This document shows, piece after piece, positions 20,964 to 32,145 of a stretch of 64,000 nt of DNA; within the stretch, counting starts at the first letter, position 1; every line of letters starts with the position of its first letter. The position numbers were made by a program, and so were the translations under genes. The notes below the pieces were generated by a model that had not been told where the DNA came from, did not search any database, and saw nothing but the letters and a program-made list of their open reading frames with translations. Source of the stretch: Ascoidea asiatica JCM 7603 (Eukaryota; Fungi; Ascomycota); NCBI GenBank assembly GCA_001600695.1, contig BCKQ01000007.1:254713-318712 (forward strand), given 5' to 3'.

Positions 20964-22312
20964 TTAAATTACATAAATATCAATTGAATTATTTAAATTT
21001 TCATTAAAATCATTAAGATCATTAAAAATTAAAAAATTTTTAAATCTATTTAATTCACACTTTATTTCAAATTTTAATTTATTTGAAATTAATTCATAAA
21101 TTTTAATATATCCATCATCACTAAAAATTAAAATTCCAAAATTTTTAATAATTTGAATTAATCCAATACTAAATTTATCTTGAATAGAATTTGTAATTAA
21201 ATTACCAATAATTTTATTCTTTATTTCATTTTTTTCATTATTTATTTCATTTTCATTTGGTAAATAAATTGTAATAATTCTTAAATATGGTAAAGTTAAT
21301 AAAGATATTGAAATTAATTTAAATTTTAAATTTATTTCAATTTTCAATTTCTCAATTTCATTAAATTTATAATTTGAATATTCACTTTCATTAATTAAAA
21401 TTTTAAAATATTCTTTATTATTATTTTTTTCAATATCATAAAATGATAAATATGAAGAATTATTCATTAAAATTATAATTAATTTTTTATTTAAATAATT
21501 TAAAACTTCAATTCCTTTAATTTTTTGAAAATTATTAATTTTTATCTCTTTTATTTCATTTATCTCAATATTAATATCATTATCATTATTAATATCATTA
21601 TTGGTAATTGAAAACTTAATAATTTTTATAATATTATCAAAACCATATGTGATGATATAATTATCAATAATTTTTATATCAATTATAAATTTATTATGTA
21701 ACTTAATAATCTCATTAATTTTTATCAAATCATATTCATAATTATTTTCATTTTTAGAAAAGTTATGAAGTTTAATAAATTTATAAAAATCTAAATTTCC
21801 ATTAAAATTACCACCAATTAAAATATTTGAATTTTTAATATTTTTAAAAATTTTATAATTAATATTTGAAGATAAATTTAATTTAAAAATAATTTTATTT
21901 AAATTTTTAATATTTAAAATTCTAATAATTTTATCATTTGAAATTAAAATTATAAAATTATCAAAATTTAATTTAATTTTATTTAAATTTATTAAAAATA
22001 TTTTTTTATTTTTATTTTTATTTTCAATTTTTTCATTAAAAATTTCAATTTTTTTAATATTAAATGAATTTTTAGTTAATTTATTATTCCAATTATTAAA
22101 ATATTTTTTATAATTTATATTTAAATAATTATGTTCATTATTAATTTCATTAAATTTTTTAATATTATATTCTTTAATAATTTCTTCTAAATTATTTAAA
22201 TTATTATTATTATTTGAAATGAAATCTTTATTTGTATCATTTTTAAAACTTTTTATAGTTTCTTCATAACCATTTCTCTTTAAATAATCATATATTAAAT
22301 AATCTATTGACA

Positions 22313-22313
<1 letters not shown>
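20964..22313 (-). CDS. N-terminal LisH protein with probable degenerate WD40/beta-propeller
   Basis: IDYLIYDYLKRNGYEETIKSFKND is LisH-like; WD-like segments HNKFIIDI..ITYGFDNIIKI and FSDDGYIKIYEL. Confidence 0.65.
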
Positions 22314-22352
<39 letters not shown>

Positions 22353-22558
22353 TCATTAATTACAATCTATTTGAATATAAAGTAGTAAGTATATTCAATA
22401 TATTCAATATATTCAATATATATTTTACTTTCCGTGGTGTAATGCGATAGTTAAGAGACAAACCCCGGTAATAAAATAATAAATAGGTTTAATATTAATA
22501 TTAATATTTATAAGTAAATGAATAAATGAATAAATGAATTAATAAATAAAGAAGAAAT

Positions 22559-23221
22559 ATGCCAAAGTTGATAAGTTCAAGATATAAAAAAAAGAATAGA
22601 ATTCATTCAATATTATTAAATGATTGGTTATATAAATCAGTTTTAAAATATTTTCAAAAATCTAGTTTAAAAATTGAGAATTTCATCAATTGTAATAATA
22701 ATAATAATAATAATAATAAAAGTTTTAAAAATAAGAATGAAAATGAAAGATTTATGAAAATTTTAAAATTTTTAAAGATATATAAATTTGAAATTAATTG
22801 TTTATTATCAGATTCAAAAAATTCAATATTAAGTAAATTTAATAAAAAATCATTAAATAAATTTGAAAAATTTTCAAAAATTAGATTAACTTGTTTAAAT
22901 AAAAATTCAATAATTTTAATTAAAGATTCATCATTAATTTTTTTAAATAAATTTGAAATTTTTAAAAAATTTAATTATAAAATTTATAATCTTAATAATA
23001 ATAATAATGTTAATAATAATGTTAATAATAATGAATCTTTAATTATTTTTCCAGTATTGATAATTAATGAATTTATTGTTATTGATCAAAATCAAATTGA
23101 AGATAATTTCATTTTACAACCAATTTATTTTCAAATTAATGAATCAAATAAATTAGATTATAATATAAAGTTGGATGATATTGAAGAAGTTGAAGAAGTT
23201 ACCATTGATTTATTCAAGTAA
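22559..23221 (+). CDS. EST3: Telomerase regulatory subunit Est3 (TPP1-like OB fold), single frame
   Basis: Aligns by eye with S. cerevisiae Est3: MPKLI..SILLNDWL; RFMKILKF..EINCLLSDSKNSILSKF..SLNKFE..IRLT..NSIILIKD; IFPVLIINE..IDQNQI. Confidence 0.88.
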   Translation: MPKLISSRYKKKNRIHSILLNDWLYKSVLKYFQKSSLKIENFINCNNNNNNNNKSFKNKNENERFMKILKFLKIYKFEINCLLSDSKNSILSKFNKKSLNKFEKFSKIRLTCLNKNSIILIKDSSLIFLNKFEIFKKFNYKIYNLNNNNNVNNNVNNNESLIIFPVLIINEFIVIDQNQIEDNFILQPIYFQINESNKLDYNIKLDDIEEVEEVTIDLFK

Positions 23222-23420
23222 TGGTAATTCACATTCAGTTGTTAAACAACTTCTCATGCAATTATTACTGATGAAGAATCTGAAGCGTATGAAAGTGCAA
23301 TAAGGATAGAGTAGATAGAAATACTTTCATAAATGTTTCAATTGAATTCAAGTTATTCAATTTATCTTCATCAAATATCAATATTCAATCAATAAATATT
23401 TAGTTAATAGTATCTGTTGT

Positions 23421-23480
23421 TTCTTCTTCTTCTTCTTCTTCTTCTTCTTCTTCTTCTTCTTCTTCTTCTTCTTCTTCTTC
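23421..23480. repeat. (TTC)20 microsatellite
   Basis: Directly visible. Confidence 0.95.
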
Positions 23481-23764
23481 CTTTGTTTATCTTCTTCTTG
23501 TTTATCTTGTTTATTCATTTATTTGTTTATTTGTTTGTTTACAAAAGAGAAAAGAGACCAGTTTCATGGGACTTCTCGCGACGCCACCAGAGGAAAATAA
23601 ATAAAAAATAAAGGAATAAAAGGAATAAAAGGAATAAAAGAAGAAGAAGAAGAAGTAAAAAAAGTAATAGAAGTAATAGAAGTAATAGAAGAAGAAGAAG
23701 TAATAGAAGAAGAAGATAACAATAAAGAACTTATTGAATCAAGCATCAATGATACAGAGCTGGA

Positions 23765-25330
23765 ATGGACAATAACACACGCAATAACACAACTAATGCT
23801 AACAATCCCCATATATTCAACATCCCCAAAAAACCACAGATATCTGATACAGTTCCTTTATATTCAGTCAATGATAACGAAGATGACGATGATATGAATC
23901 CATTTATAAATCAATCAGACGATGATGATGATGGTGGTGATGGGGACGAATATGGAGATGAGGATATTAATATGGATGAAGAAGAAGGATATGAACAAGA
24001 AGAAGAATATTATACAACTGGTTCTGAAGATTTATTAAAAGCAAGAACTTTCATTACAAAATATTCTTTAATTAAATCAAAACAAAGATATATAAATCAA
24101 GAAGCCTTTTATAATGAAAATAATTCAGATAATAATAATAATAAGAAGAATGTTATTGATAAAAAATATTCAATAAATTCAAATTTTGAAAAAATTTTAA
24201 AATTTAGAAGAAATTTAAATTCAAATTTATTTAATTTTCAATTATTTGGTTCAAATTTATTAACAAATAGACCTATTTCAAAAGTTAGATTTTCTCCATT
24301 ATCAAAAAAAATTTTATTATCTTCTTGGTCAAATGATATAAATTTATTAAATATTAATGATTTATCAATTGAAAAAAAATTTACAAATTTTAATTCAAAT
24401 AATAATAAAATTTCTGCTTTAGATTGGCATCCATTTTCTGAAATTTCTCAAAATGAAAATGAATTAAATTTTGTCACTGGAAATTCAAATTCAAATTCAA
24501 ATTCATATTCATATTCAAATAATTATTTAATAAATCTTTGGTCATTAAATTGTATAAATAAACCAATTTTAAATTTAATTGGTCATAAAAATAGAATTTT
24601 AAATACAATTTTTCATCCATGTGGAAAATTTTTAATTTCTTCTTCAATTGATAAAAATTTAATATTTTGGGATTTAATTAAAAATTTAAAATTATTAAAT
24701 TATAAAAATATTGAAAGTAATTCAATTTCTTTTCAAAATAATGGTAATTTATTATTTACTGGTGGTAATGATTCAATTGGTAAAATTTGGGATTTAAGAA
24801 TTGGTAAATCAATTTTAATTTTAAATGATCATATTAATAAAATTTTATCTTCTGATTGGTCTGATAATGGTTTTCAATTAGCAACTGGTAGTGAAGATTC
24901 AACAATTAAAATTTGGGATTTAAGATATAATTATAAATTAAATTTATCATCATCATTATCAAAAAATATTAATAATACAAAACCATTATTTACAATTCTT
25001 GCTCATAATAAATTAATTTCAGATTTAAAATTTTTTAAATTAAATTTAAATTCAAATACAAATAAAAATTTAATTCCAGATTATTTAAAATTTAATTTAT
25101 CAAATAATGAAAAAGATTTATTATATTCTTCAAGTAAATTTTTAATAAGTTCTTCATATGATGGTACAATAAATATTTGGTCTTCAGATAATTGGTTAAA
25201 AATTAAAACTTTAAAAGGTCATACTGATAATAAAATTATGAGTTGTGATATAAATTGTTATGGTGATAAAATTATTTCAAGTGGTTGGGATAGAACTGTT
25301 AAATTATGGTCAAATGATGATTTTTTTTAA
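23765..25330 (+). CDS. PRP4: U4/U6 snRNP WD40 protein Prp4
   Basis: EYYT.GSEDLLKAR.FI.KYSL, FGS....RPISKVRFS, WD repeats (FHPCGKFL, IWDLRIGK, LATGSED), WSSDNW, SSGWDRTVKLW. Confidence 0.92.
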   Translation: MDNNTRNNTTNANNPHIFNIPKKPQISDTVPLYSVNDNEDDDDMNPFINQSDDDDDGGDGDEYGDEDINMDEEEGYEQEEEYYTTGSEDLLKARTFITKYSLIKSKQRYINQEAFYNENNSDNNNNKKNVIDKKYSINSNFEKILKFRRNLNSNLFNFQLFGSNLLTNRPISKVRFSPLSKKILLSSWSNDINLLNINDLSIEKKFTNFNSNNNKISALDWHPFSEISQNENELNFVTGNSNSNSNSYSYSNNYLINLWSLNCINKPILNLIGHKNRILNTIFHPCGKFLISSSIDKNLIFWDLIKNLKLLNYKNIESNSISFQNNGNLLFTGGNDSIGKIWDLRIGKSILILNDHINKILSSDWSDNGFQLATGSEDSTIKIWDLRYNYKLNLSSSLSKNINNTKPLFTILAHNKLISDLKFFKLNLNSNTNKNLIPDYLKFNLSNNEKDLLYSSSKFLISSSYDGTINIWSSDNWLKIKTLKGHTDNKIMSCDINCYGDKIISSGWDRTVKLWSNDDFF

Positions 25331-25414
25331 TATTTTTCATATATTTTTTAAAAAAAAAAATTGTATATTGTATATTATTTTATTTTATATCAAATGAAAT
25401 AAATTAATAAGTAA

Positions 25415-26287
25415 TCATTTTTTACCAGCAGCTTTAATTAAATCTAAAAATTTAGATTTTGAAATATTATTTAAAATTTCTTGTTTTTTTGAAAAATTTA
25501 TTGAAGATCCATTAATTTTTTCATTATTTATTTTTTTTAAACTTGATAAATCAGATTGAATTTGAGTTTCTAAAACTGCATTAAATAATTTAATTACACC
25601 CTTTTGAGCAATTTTTTTAAATTTTTTTTCATTTTCAAAATATTTTCTAATTTTATTTGAATCATCATTGGAATTTGGTAAAAAATTTATAATTCTATCT
25701 TTATTCATTAAATTTTCTCTTTCAATTCTTAATAAATTCTTAGCTTTTTTCTCTAATAATTCATCTTTTTTTATAGAAATTATTGATTTTTTATTCTTAG
25801 ATTTAACTTTTGATAAAATTGGATCATTTCTAATTTTTAATTTAATTTTGGAATTTAATATAGAATTTAATGCATTTGAGAATTCTTTGGATCCATCATC
25901 ATCACCTCTATTTCTTTTTTTACTTCTTTGTTTCTTTAATATAAAGTCATCATCATCTTCTTCCTCATCTTTTTCTTTATCTTCTTCTTCTTCTTCATCG
26001 TCATCTTCATCGTCATCTTCATCTTCAGAATCCGATTTCTCTACATCTCCAAGATTACTATCGTCACTATCATCAGAATCTGAACCATTATTTTGAATAC
26101 TTATTCTCTTCTTACTTGAGTCTATTGAAGTTATTGAATTTATGGAGTTATTAAGTTCTTCTTTTTCTTCTTCATCACTTGAACTCGAATCAGACTTTGT
26201 ATGGATATTTATTTTGTCAGCAGTCTCGACTGTCTTAGCCTTGGACTTTCCCTTATCTATCTTCTGTTTCTTCACTGTCTTTCCCAT
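25415..26287 (-). CDS. RRP15: Pre-60S biogenesis protein Rrp15
   Basis: FSNALNSIL, DPILSK, KKIAQKGVIKLFNAVL, SKSKFLDLIKAAG. Confidence 0.92.
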   Translation of the reverse strand: MGKTVKKQKIDKGKSKAKTVETADKINIHTKSDSSSSDEEEKEELNNSINSITSIDSSKKRISIQNNGSDSDDSDDSNLGDVEKSDSEDEDDDEDDDEEEEEDKEKDEEEDDDDFILKKQRSKKRNRGDDDGSKEFSNALNSILNSKIKLKIRNDPILSKVKSKNKKSIISIKKDELLEKKAKNLLRIERENLMNKDRIINFLPNSNDDSNKIRKYFENEKKFKKIAQKGVIKLFNAVLETQIQSDLSSLKKINNEKINGSSINFSKKQEILNNISKSKFLDLIKAAGKK

Positions 26288-26861
26288 TATAAATATTGTC
26301 TTATTGTAATATTACTTCTCTATTTATTTCAATCTTCAATTTCTTCTTCAATTTCTTCTTCAATTTCTTCTCAAATTCTTTTCAAATCCCACACCAAAAA
26401 ATAAATTCAAAATTCAAAAATAAAAAAATAAAAATAAAAATAAATTTCAAAATCCGCCTCACGTGTGCATCCGCATCCGTTTCACTGTTTCCGTGTTTAT
26501 CTCTCGCTTTTTGCGTGCAGAGATTTTGGCAGTGAAAGAAACGAAATTAAATTTATTCAATTTGCTTTGTCTGTGGAAAGAAGTGAAAAAAGAAGTGAAA
26601 CCACAACCACCAGAAAGAATTGATAAAAGGAATTGATAGAGGAATTGATAGAGGAATTGATAAAGAAGTTGTATCTTTCAAGACCAATTTAATAGCATCT
26701 AGAAGAGTGACCTTGATTTCTATTGGAGGTTCTGATATTCAACTGTTTCCTGTTTATTTCTCATTTCGTATACATTTCTCAAACTTTAGATTCAATTTGA
26801 AATTTGATTCAAAGTTAAGATTTCAAAAAAAATCAAAAAAATAAAAAGTAAATAATAAACA

Positions 26862-27047
26862 ATGTTTGGAAATAATTCTGGATCATCTGGAGGTTTTTCA
26901 TTTGGTAATAAGCCTGCTGCTTCTACCAATACTGGTTTTAGTTTTGGTTCAAATAATTCATCATCTAATACACCTACAGCAAATACTGGATTATTTGGAA
27001 ATGCAAATAAATCATCAAATACAAGTACTGGATTTTCATTTGGTGCA

Positions 27048-27085
<38 letters not shown>

Positions 27086-27554
27086 AACTAATAATACTTC
27101 ATCTGGTGGTGGATTATTTGGAAATAATAATACTTCTACATCTGGTGGACTATTTGGAAGTTCTAATAATAATACAACTAATACTTCTGGGGGTTTATTT
27201 GGTAATAACAATAACAATAAACCTGCTCCATTGTTTGGAAATACAAATACTACCTCAACTGGCTTGTTTGGAAGTAATAATAATACAACTAATTCAAGTG
27301 GTGGTGGTCTCTTTGGAAATAATAATAATACAACTAATACATCAGGGGGCCTTTTTGGAAATAATAATAACAATACCACTAATCAATCCGGTGGACTCTT
27401 TGGAAATACCAACAATAATAATAATAATCTTAATAGTGCAACAAGTACATCTGGTGGATTATTTGGAAGCAGTAATAATACTCCCACTAATACCTCTGGT
27501 GGACTTTTTGGAAATACTGCTAATACTAACACAGCTTCTGGAGGTCTTTTTGGA

Positions 27555-27592
<38 letters not shown>

Positions 27593-27845
27593 AACTAATA
27601 CATCTGGTGGATTATTTGGAAATAAACCTGCAACAACAACTGGTTCAACTGGATTTTCATTCGGTACTGGAAACACAATAAATACTGGAACTACATCAGG
27701 TGGTTTATTTGGAAATAATAATACAACAAATTCAAATACTTCCACAGGTTTATTTGGTAATAATAATAATAATAATACAACAAATCCAATTAATACCACT
27801 AATACTACTGGTTTTTCATTTGGAACAAATAATAATAACAATACC

Positions 27846-27877
<32 letters not shown>

Positions 27878-29003
27878 TATATCTTCATTCGGAGGTTTAT
27901 TTAGTAAACCTAACACTTTCAGTCTAAACAATAATACTACAAATACTGGATTTTTTAATAATAACAATAATAATACTAATAATAATAATACTGGTGGTTT
28001 ATCAACTGGATTTTTCAATAACAATAATAATAACAGCCTTAATAATAATAATAATAATAATAATAATGTTGGTAATAATTTCAATCTTAATAATAATAAC
28101 CTTAATAATAATCAGCAGCAAGGTAATTCTCTTTTCCAACAACCTACTCAACAACAATTACAACCTCTACAACCCTTACAACAATTACAATTACAAGTTC
28201 AACAAAATTATACACCTTCAATAATTGATCAATTAATTAAAGTTAAAAATGCTTGGGATCCAAATTCAAATTCATGTTTATTAAAAACTTATTTTTATAA
28301 TAAAGTTCCTGAAAATAATGCAATTTTATTCACAAAACCACCAAATGAAAATCAAGAAGAATGGGATGAAGCAATTTTAAAAAGACCAAATAATGATTAT
28401 GTACCTGTAAAAGCTTTAGGATTTCAAGATTTAGCAAAAAGAGTTGAAATTCAAACAACTCATATAGCTCAATCAAGAATAATTTTAAAACAAGTTGAAT
28501 TAAAATTAAAAAATATAAGTGAAAAACATGAATTAGATACTTCAATAAGATTATTAAATTGTAAAAATAAAGAAAAACAATTATCAAGAAGAATTTTAAA
28601 ATTAGCTTGTAATTTATCAATTTTAAAACTTAAAGGTTATCCTTTAAATAAAGATGAAGAAGATTTAGTTAAAGAATTTAATAAAATTCTTAATGGTTTA
28701 AAAAATTCAAATGGTTTAACTGGTAGAGTTAATGAATTATGGGCAAGATTAGCAATTTTAAGAGAAAGAAGTAATACTTTAAATCAACAATTAGAAAATC
28801 AAATTTCTATAAATGGTACAAATCAAAAATCAAATTCTAAAAAAATTGATAATAAAGAACAAATAATGGATATTGAAACTAAACAACAAATTGAGAAAAT
28901 TGTACATGTTTTACAAAAACAACAAGCTGGTATACAATATCTATATGAAGTCTTAGCTAAAGATAAAGATGCTTTAAATACTTTAATTTCAAAACAGATT
29001 TGA
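26862..29003 (+). CDS. NUP57: GLFG nucleoporin Nup57/Nup54
   Basis: Many (S)GGLFG and GFSFG repeats, then IDQLIKVKNAWDP, YFYNKV, GFQDL..R, GRVNELWARL, L.KQQ.GI.YL. Confidence 0.93.
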
Positions 29004-29538
29004 TCTCAATTTAAATCTTTTTCATTATTAATATATACGCTGTTTTTTTGATAATCTCTTTTTCCCGTAGTTTGTAATTTATCTATTAAACCCCTTCAAA
29101 TAGACCCTATACTGAATATAAAACTCTGAAAACAGTTCAATTGAAGATTCTATACTGATAATTACCAACACTGCTATCACTAATATAAAATATAAATATT
29201 TTCTTAAATCTCATTTGAATCTCTTTCAAATCTCTTCAAATCTCTTCAAATCATTTTTAAATCTCCTTTTTAAATTTAACTGTTTGATAAATTGAAACTT
29301 TTTAAGGTTTTTTACCAAAACTTATAAGTTCTAAAAGTGTCACGTGCGCTAAAATTTTCTGAAATAATTTTTTTTTCAAGTGGAAAATGAAAATCTGAAA
29401 AAGTTTAAATTGAAAAATACAGAACTTTTCAGTAACGTTGAAGAAAATCAGCTTATGAAAGTGAATTGGTAACTACTATTACTTCATTGAAACAAAAAGT
29501 TTAGATCGGTTTGTTATATAGAAGAAAAACATATCAAG

Positions 29539-31650
29539 ATGTCTGATCCTCTAAATTTAAATACTATTAAAAAATTTTTAGATGAAAATAAATATTCAAA
29601 AACTCTAGCAGTACTTGAAGAGGAAGCTGCAAAGGCAAAAAAATCGGGAAAAGATGTAAAGGCAAAGGATTCTGATGATGATTCTTCTTCTGATTCCTCC
29701 AGTGATTCAGACTCCAATTCTTCTAGTGATTCAGATTCAGATTCAGATTCAGATTCAGATTCTGATGATGAAAAGGATACAAAAGACAAAAAAGATACTA
29801 AAAAAGAAAAAAGTTCAAGTGATTCATCTGATGAAGATTCAAGTGATTCTGATTCGGATTCTGAACCAAAAGGAAAAGATTCTAAAAAAGCTGATTCTAA
29901 AATGGTAGAAGCTAAAAAGGAAGCTTCATCTAGTGATTCAGAATCTTCAGACTCTGATTCTGATACTGAAATGAAAGAGGTTGAAGAAGATAAATCTAAG
30001 GATAAAAATGATGATTCTGATTCCGATTCTTCCAGTGATTCAGATTCCGATTCAGATTCTTCCAGTGATTCAGATTCCGATTCAGATTCTTCCAGTGATT
30101 CAGATTCAGATTCAGATTCTTCAAGTGATTCAGATTCCGATTCCGAAAAGAAATCAAATAAAAAAAAGGAAGCTACTAAAAAAAAAGATGATAGTGATAG
30201 TGAATCGGAGAGTGATTCTGAAGATGAAAAAAAAGAAGATAAAAAAGAAGTAAAAAAATCTAAAGCTACTAAGTCAGAATCGAGTTCGGATTCAGACTCA
30301 GATTCCGATTCAGATTCCGAAGATGAAAAAGAAAAGAAAAAAGTAGAAACCAAGAAAGATGAAATTAAAAAGGCAGAAGTTAAGAAAGATGAATCTTCAG
30401 ATTCAGATTCAGATGATGAAAAAGATAAAAAAGCAAAAGTTGAAACTAAAAAAGAAGATTCATCGGATTCAGATTCAGATTCAGATTCAGATTCCTCAGA
30501 TTCAGAAGAAGAAAAACCTAAACCTAAAAAAGATGAATCATCAGATTCAGATTCAGATTCGGATTCAGAAGATGAAGAGAAAAAACCAAAAGTAGAAACT
30601 AAAAAGGATGAATCTTCAGATTTGGACTCAAGCTCAGATTCAGACTCAGATTCTGATTCTGAAGATGAAGATGAAAAAAAGAAAGATGAAAAAGAAAAAG
30701 GTAAAAAAGTTGAAAAAGCCAAGGTAGAAACTAAAAAAGAAGAATCCTCAGATTCAAATTCGGACTCAGATTCAGATTCAGACTCAGAAGATGAAAAAGA
30801 CGAAAAAGATAAAAAAATTGTAGCTAAAAAAGTTGAATCATCAGATTCAGATTCAGATTCAGATTCTGAGGGCGAAAAGAAAAAAGCAGACACCAAAATG
30901 AAAGAATCATCTGATTCAGACTCCGATTCAGACTCTTCAGATTCAGAAGATGAAAAAGATAAAAAACTGGTCACCAAAAAAGATGAATCCTCAGATTCGG
31001 ATTCGGATTCGGATTCGGATTCCTCAGATTCTGATGATGAAAAAACTAAAGCTAAAAAGGCTGCTTTATCAAAAAAATCAAAGAAAACTGAAGCTAAAAA
31101 AGAAGATTCCTCAGATTCAGATTCAGATTCAGATTCGGACTCAAGTTCAGATTCAGATTCAGATGATGACGATGATGAAAAAAGTAAAATCACCAAGAAA
31201 AAAGATTCCTCAGATTCAGATTCAAGCTCAAGTTCTTCTGATGATTCAGAAAGTGATTCAGATTCCGAAGATGAAAAGTCAAAATCTAAGAAAAGATCTC
31301 TTTCAGAATCAGAATCTCCAATAAATTCAAAAAAGATAAAACATGATCAAAGTTCATCCTCCTCCACAGAAGATATATCAGTAAGTAGTAGAGAATCAAC
31401 AATTGAAAGTAAATCCGATGAGAAAAAATTTTTTTCTAGAATCGATCGATCAAAAATTTCATTTGAAAATGATGCATTAACTGACAATACTTATAAAGGT
31501 GCAGCCGGTAATTGGGGTGAAATAGCTAATGAAAAATTAGGAAGAATAAAAGGAAAAGATTTTGTAAAAAATAAAAATAAAATGAAAAGAGGATCTTACA
31601 GAGGTGGTAGTATTTCATTAGCATCTGGTAGTTATAAATTCAAGGACTAA
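29539..31650 (+). CDS. SRP40: Nucleolar Ser/Asp-rich protein Srp40 (Nopp140)
   Basis: N-terminal LisH-like segment, alternating SD and K-rich blocks, C-terminal [23 protein letters not shown]...[18 protein letters not shown]. Confidence 0.96.
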   Translation: MSDPLNLNTIKKFLDENKYSKTLAVLEEEAAKAKKSGKDVKAKDSDDDSSSDSSSDSDSNSSSDSDSDSDSDSDSDDEKDTKDKKDTKKEKSSSDSSDEDSSDSDSDSEPKGKDSKKADSKMVEAKKEASSSDSESSDSDSDTEMKEVEEDKSKDKNDDSDSDSSSDSDSDSDSSSDSDSDSDSSSDSDSDSDSSSDSDSDSEKKSNKKKEATKKKDDSDSESESDSEDEKKEDKKEVKKSKATKSESSSDSDSDSDSDSEDEKEKKKVETKKDEIKKAEVKKDESSDSDSDDEKDKKAKVETKKEDSSDSDSDSDSDSSDSEEEKPKPKKDESSDSDSDSDSEDEEKKPKVETKKDESSDLDSSSDSDSDSDSEDEDEKKKDEKEKGKKVEKAKVETKKEESSDSNSDSDSDSDSEDEKDEKDKKIVAKKVESSDSDSDSDSEGEKKKADTKMKESSDSDSDSDSSDSEDEKDKKLVTKKDESSDSDSDSDSDSSDSDDEKTKAKKAALSKKSKKTEAKKEDSSDSDSDSDSDSSSDSDSDDDDDEKSKITKKKDSSDSDSSSSSSDDSESDSDSEDEKSKSKKRSLSESESPINSKKIKHDQSSSSSTEDISVSSRESTIESKSDEKKFFSRIDRSKISFENDALTDNTYKGAAGNWGEIANEKLGRIKGKDFVKNKNKMKRGSYRGGSISLASGSYKFKD

Positions 31651-32145
31651 TTCAATACGTCATATCATTTGAATTCAATAATACTCATTATAAATGCTTT
31701 ATTTCTCTCTTTCCACATTTGTTTATTTATTTTTTTATCTTGAAGAGGAGAAATTAATAGTAATATTTATAAATTTCTATAACTATTGTATAGTAACTCC
31801 TGCATTTTACACTGTTTTTCGCCATTTTTTTATTATAGTTTTTTCAAAGTAATATAACAATTTTATTAGGTAACTTTCTAGAAACAATAAAAATCACACT
31901 ATTTAATTTACATTATTAAATATACAAAAAAAGTAGTAAAACGCTTATATAGAAAATTGAAATAAATTAACAAAAATCAAACAAAACAAACAATGAATAT
32001 ATAATATAACAATTTGAAAGCAGAAAGAAAAAAATATAATTAAAATTAGTAATACAAATAATAAAATAGAGTTGAGAATAATAGTAAGCTGATTAAAATT
32101 ACAGCATAGAATTAAAAATGAGAAAAAAAAAAAACCTAGAAACAT

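Noticed and set aside
22820-22845. Programmed +1 frameshift in EST3
   Set aside because: The homologous position reads ATA TTA AGT AAA TTT in frame; there is no CTTAGTT site and the ORF is continuous.
29514-31196. 560-aa antisense ORF over SRP40, and similar antisense or alternate-frame ORFs over NUP57, ABP1, RRP15 and APN1
   Set aside because: Shadows of low-complexity repeats that lack stops in other frames; no independent domain signal.
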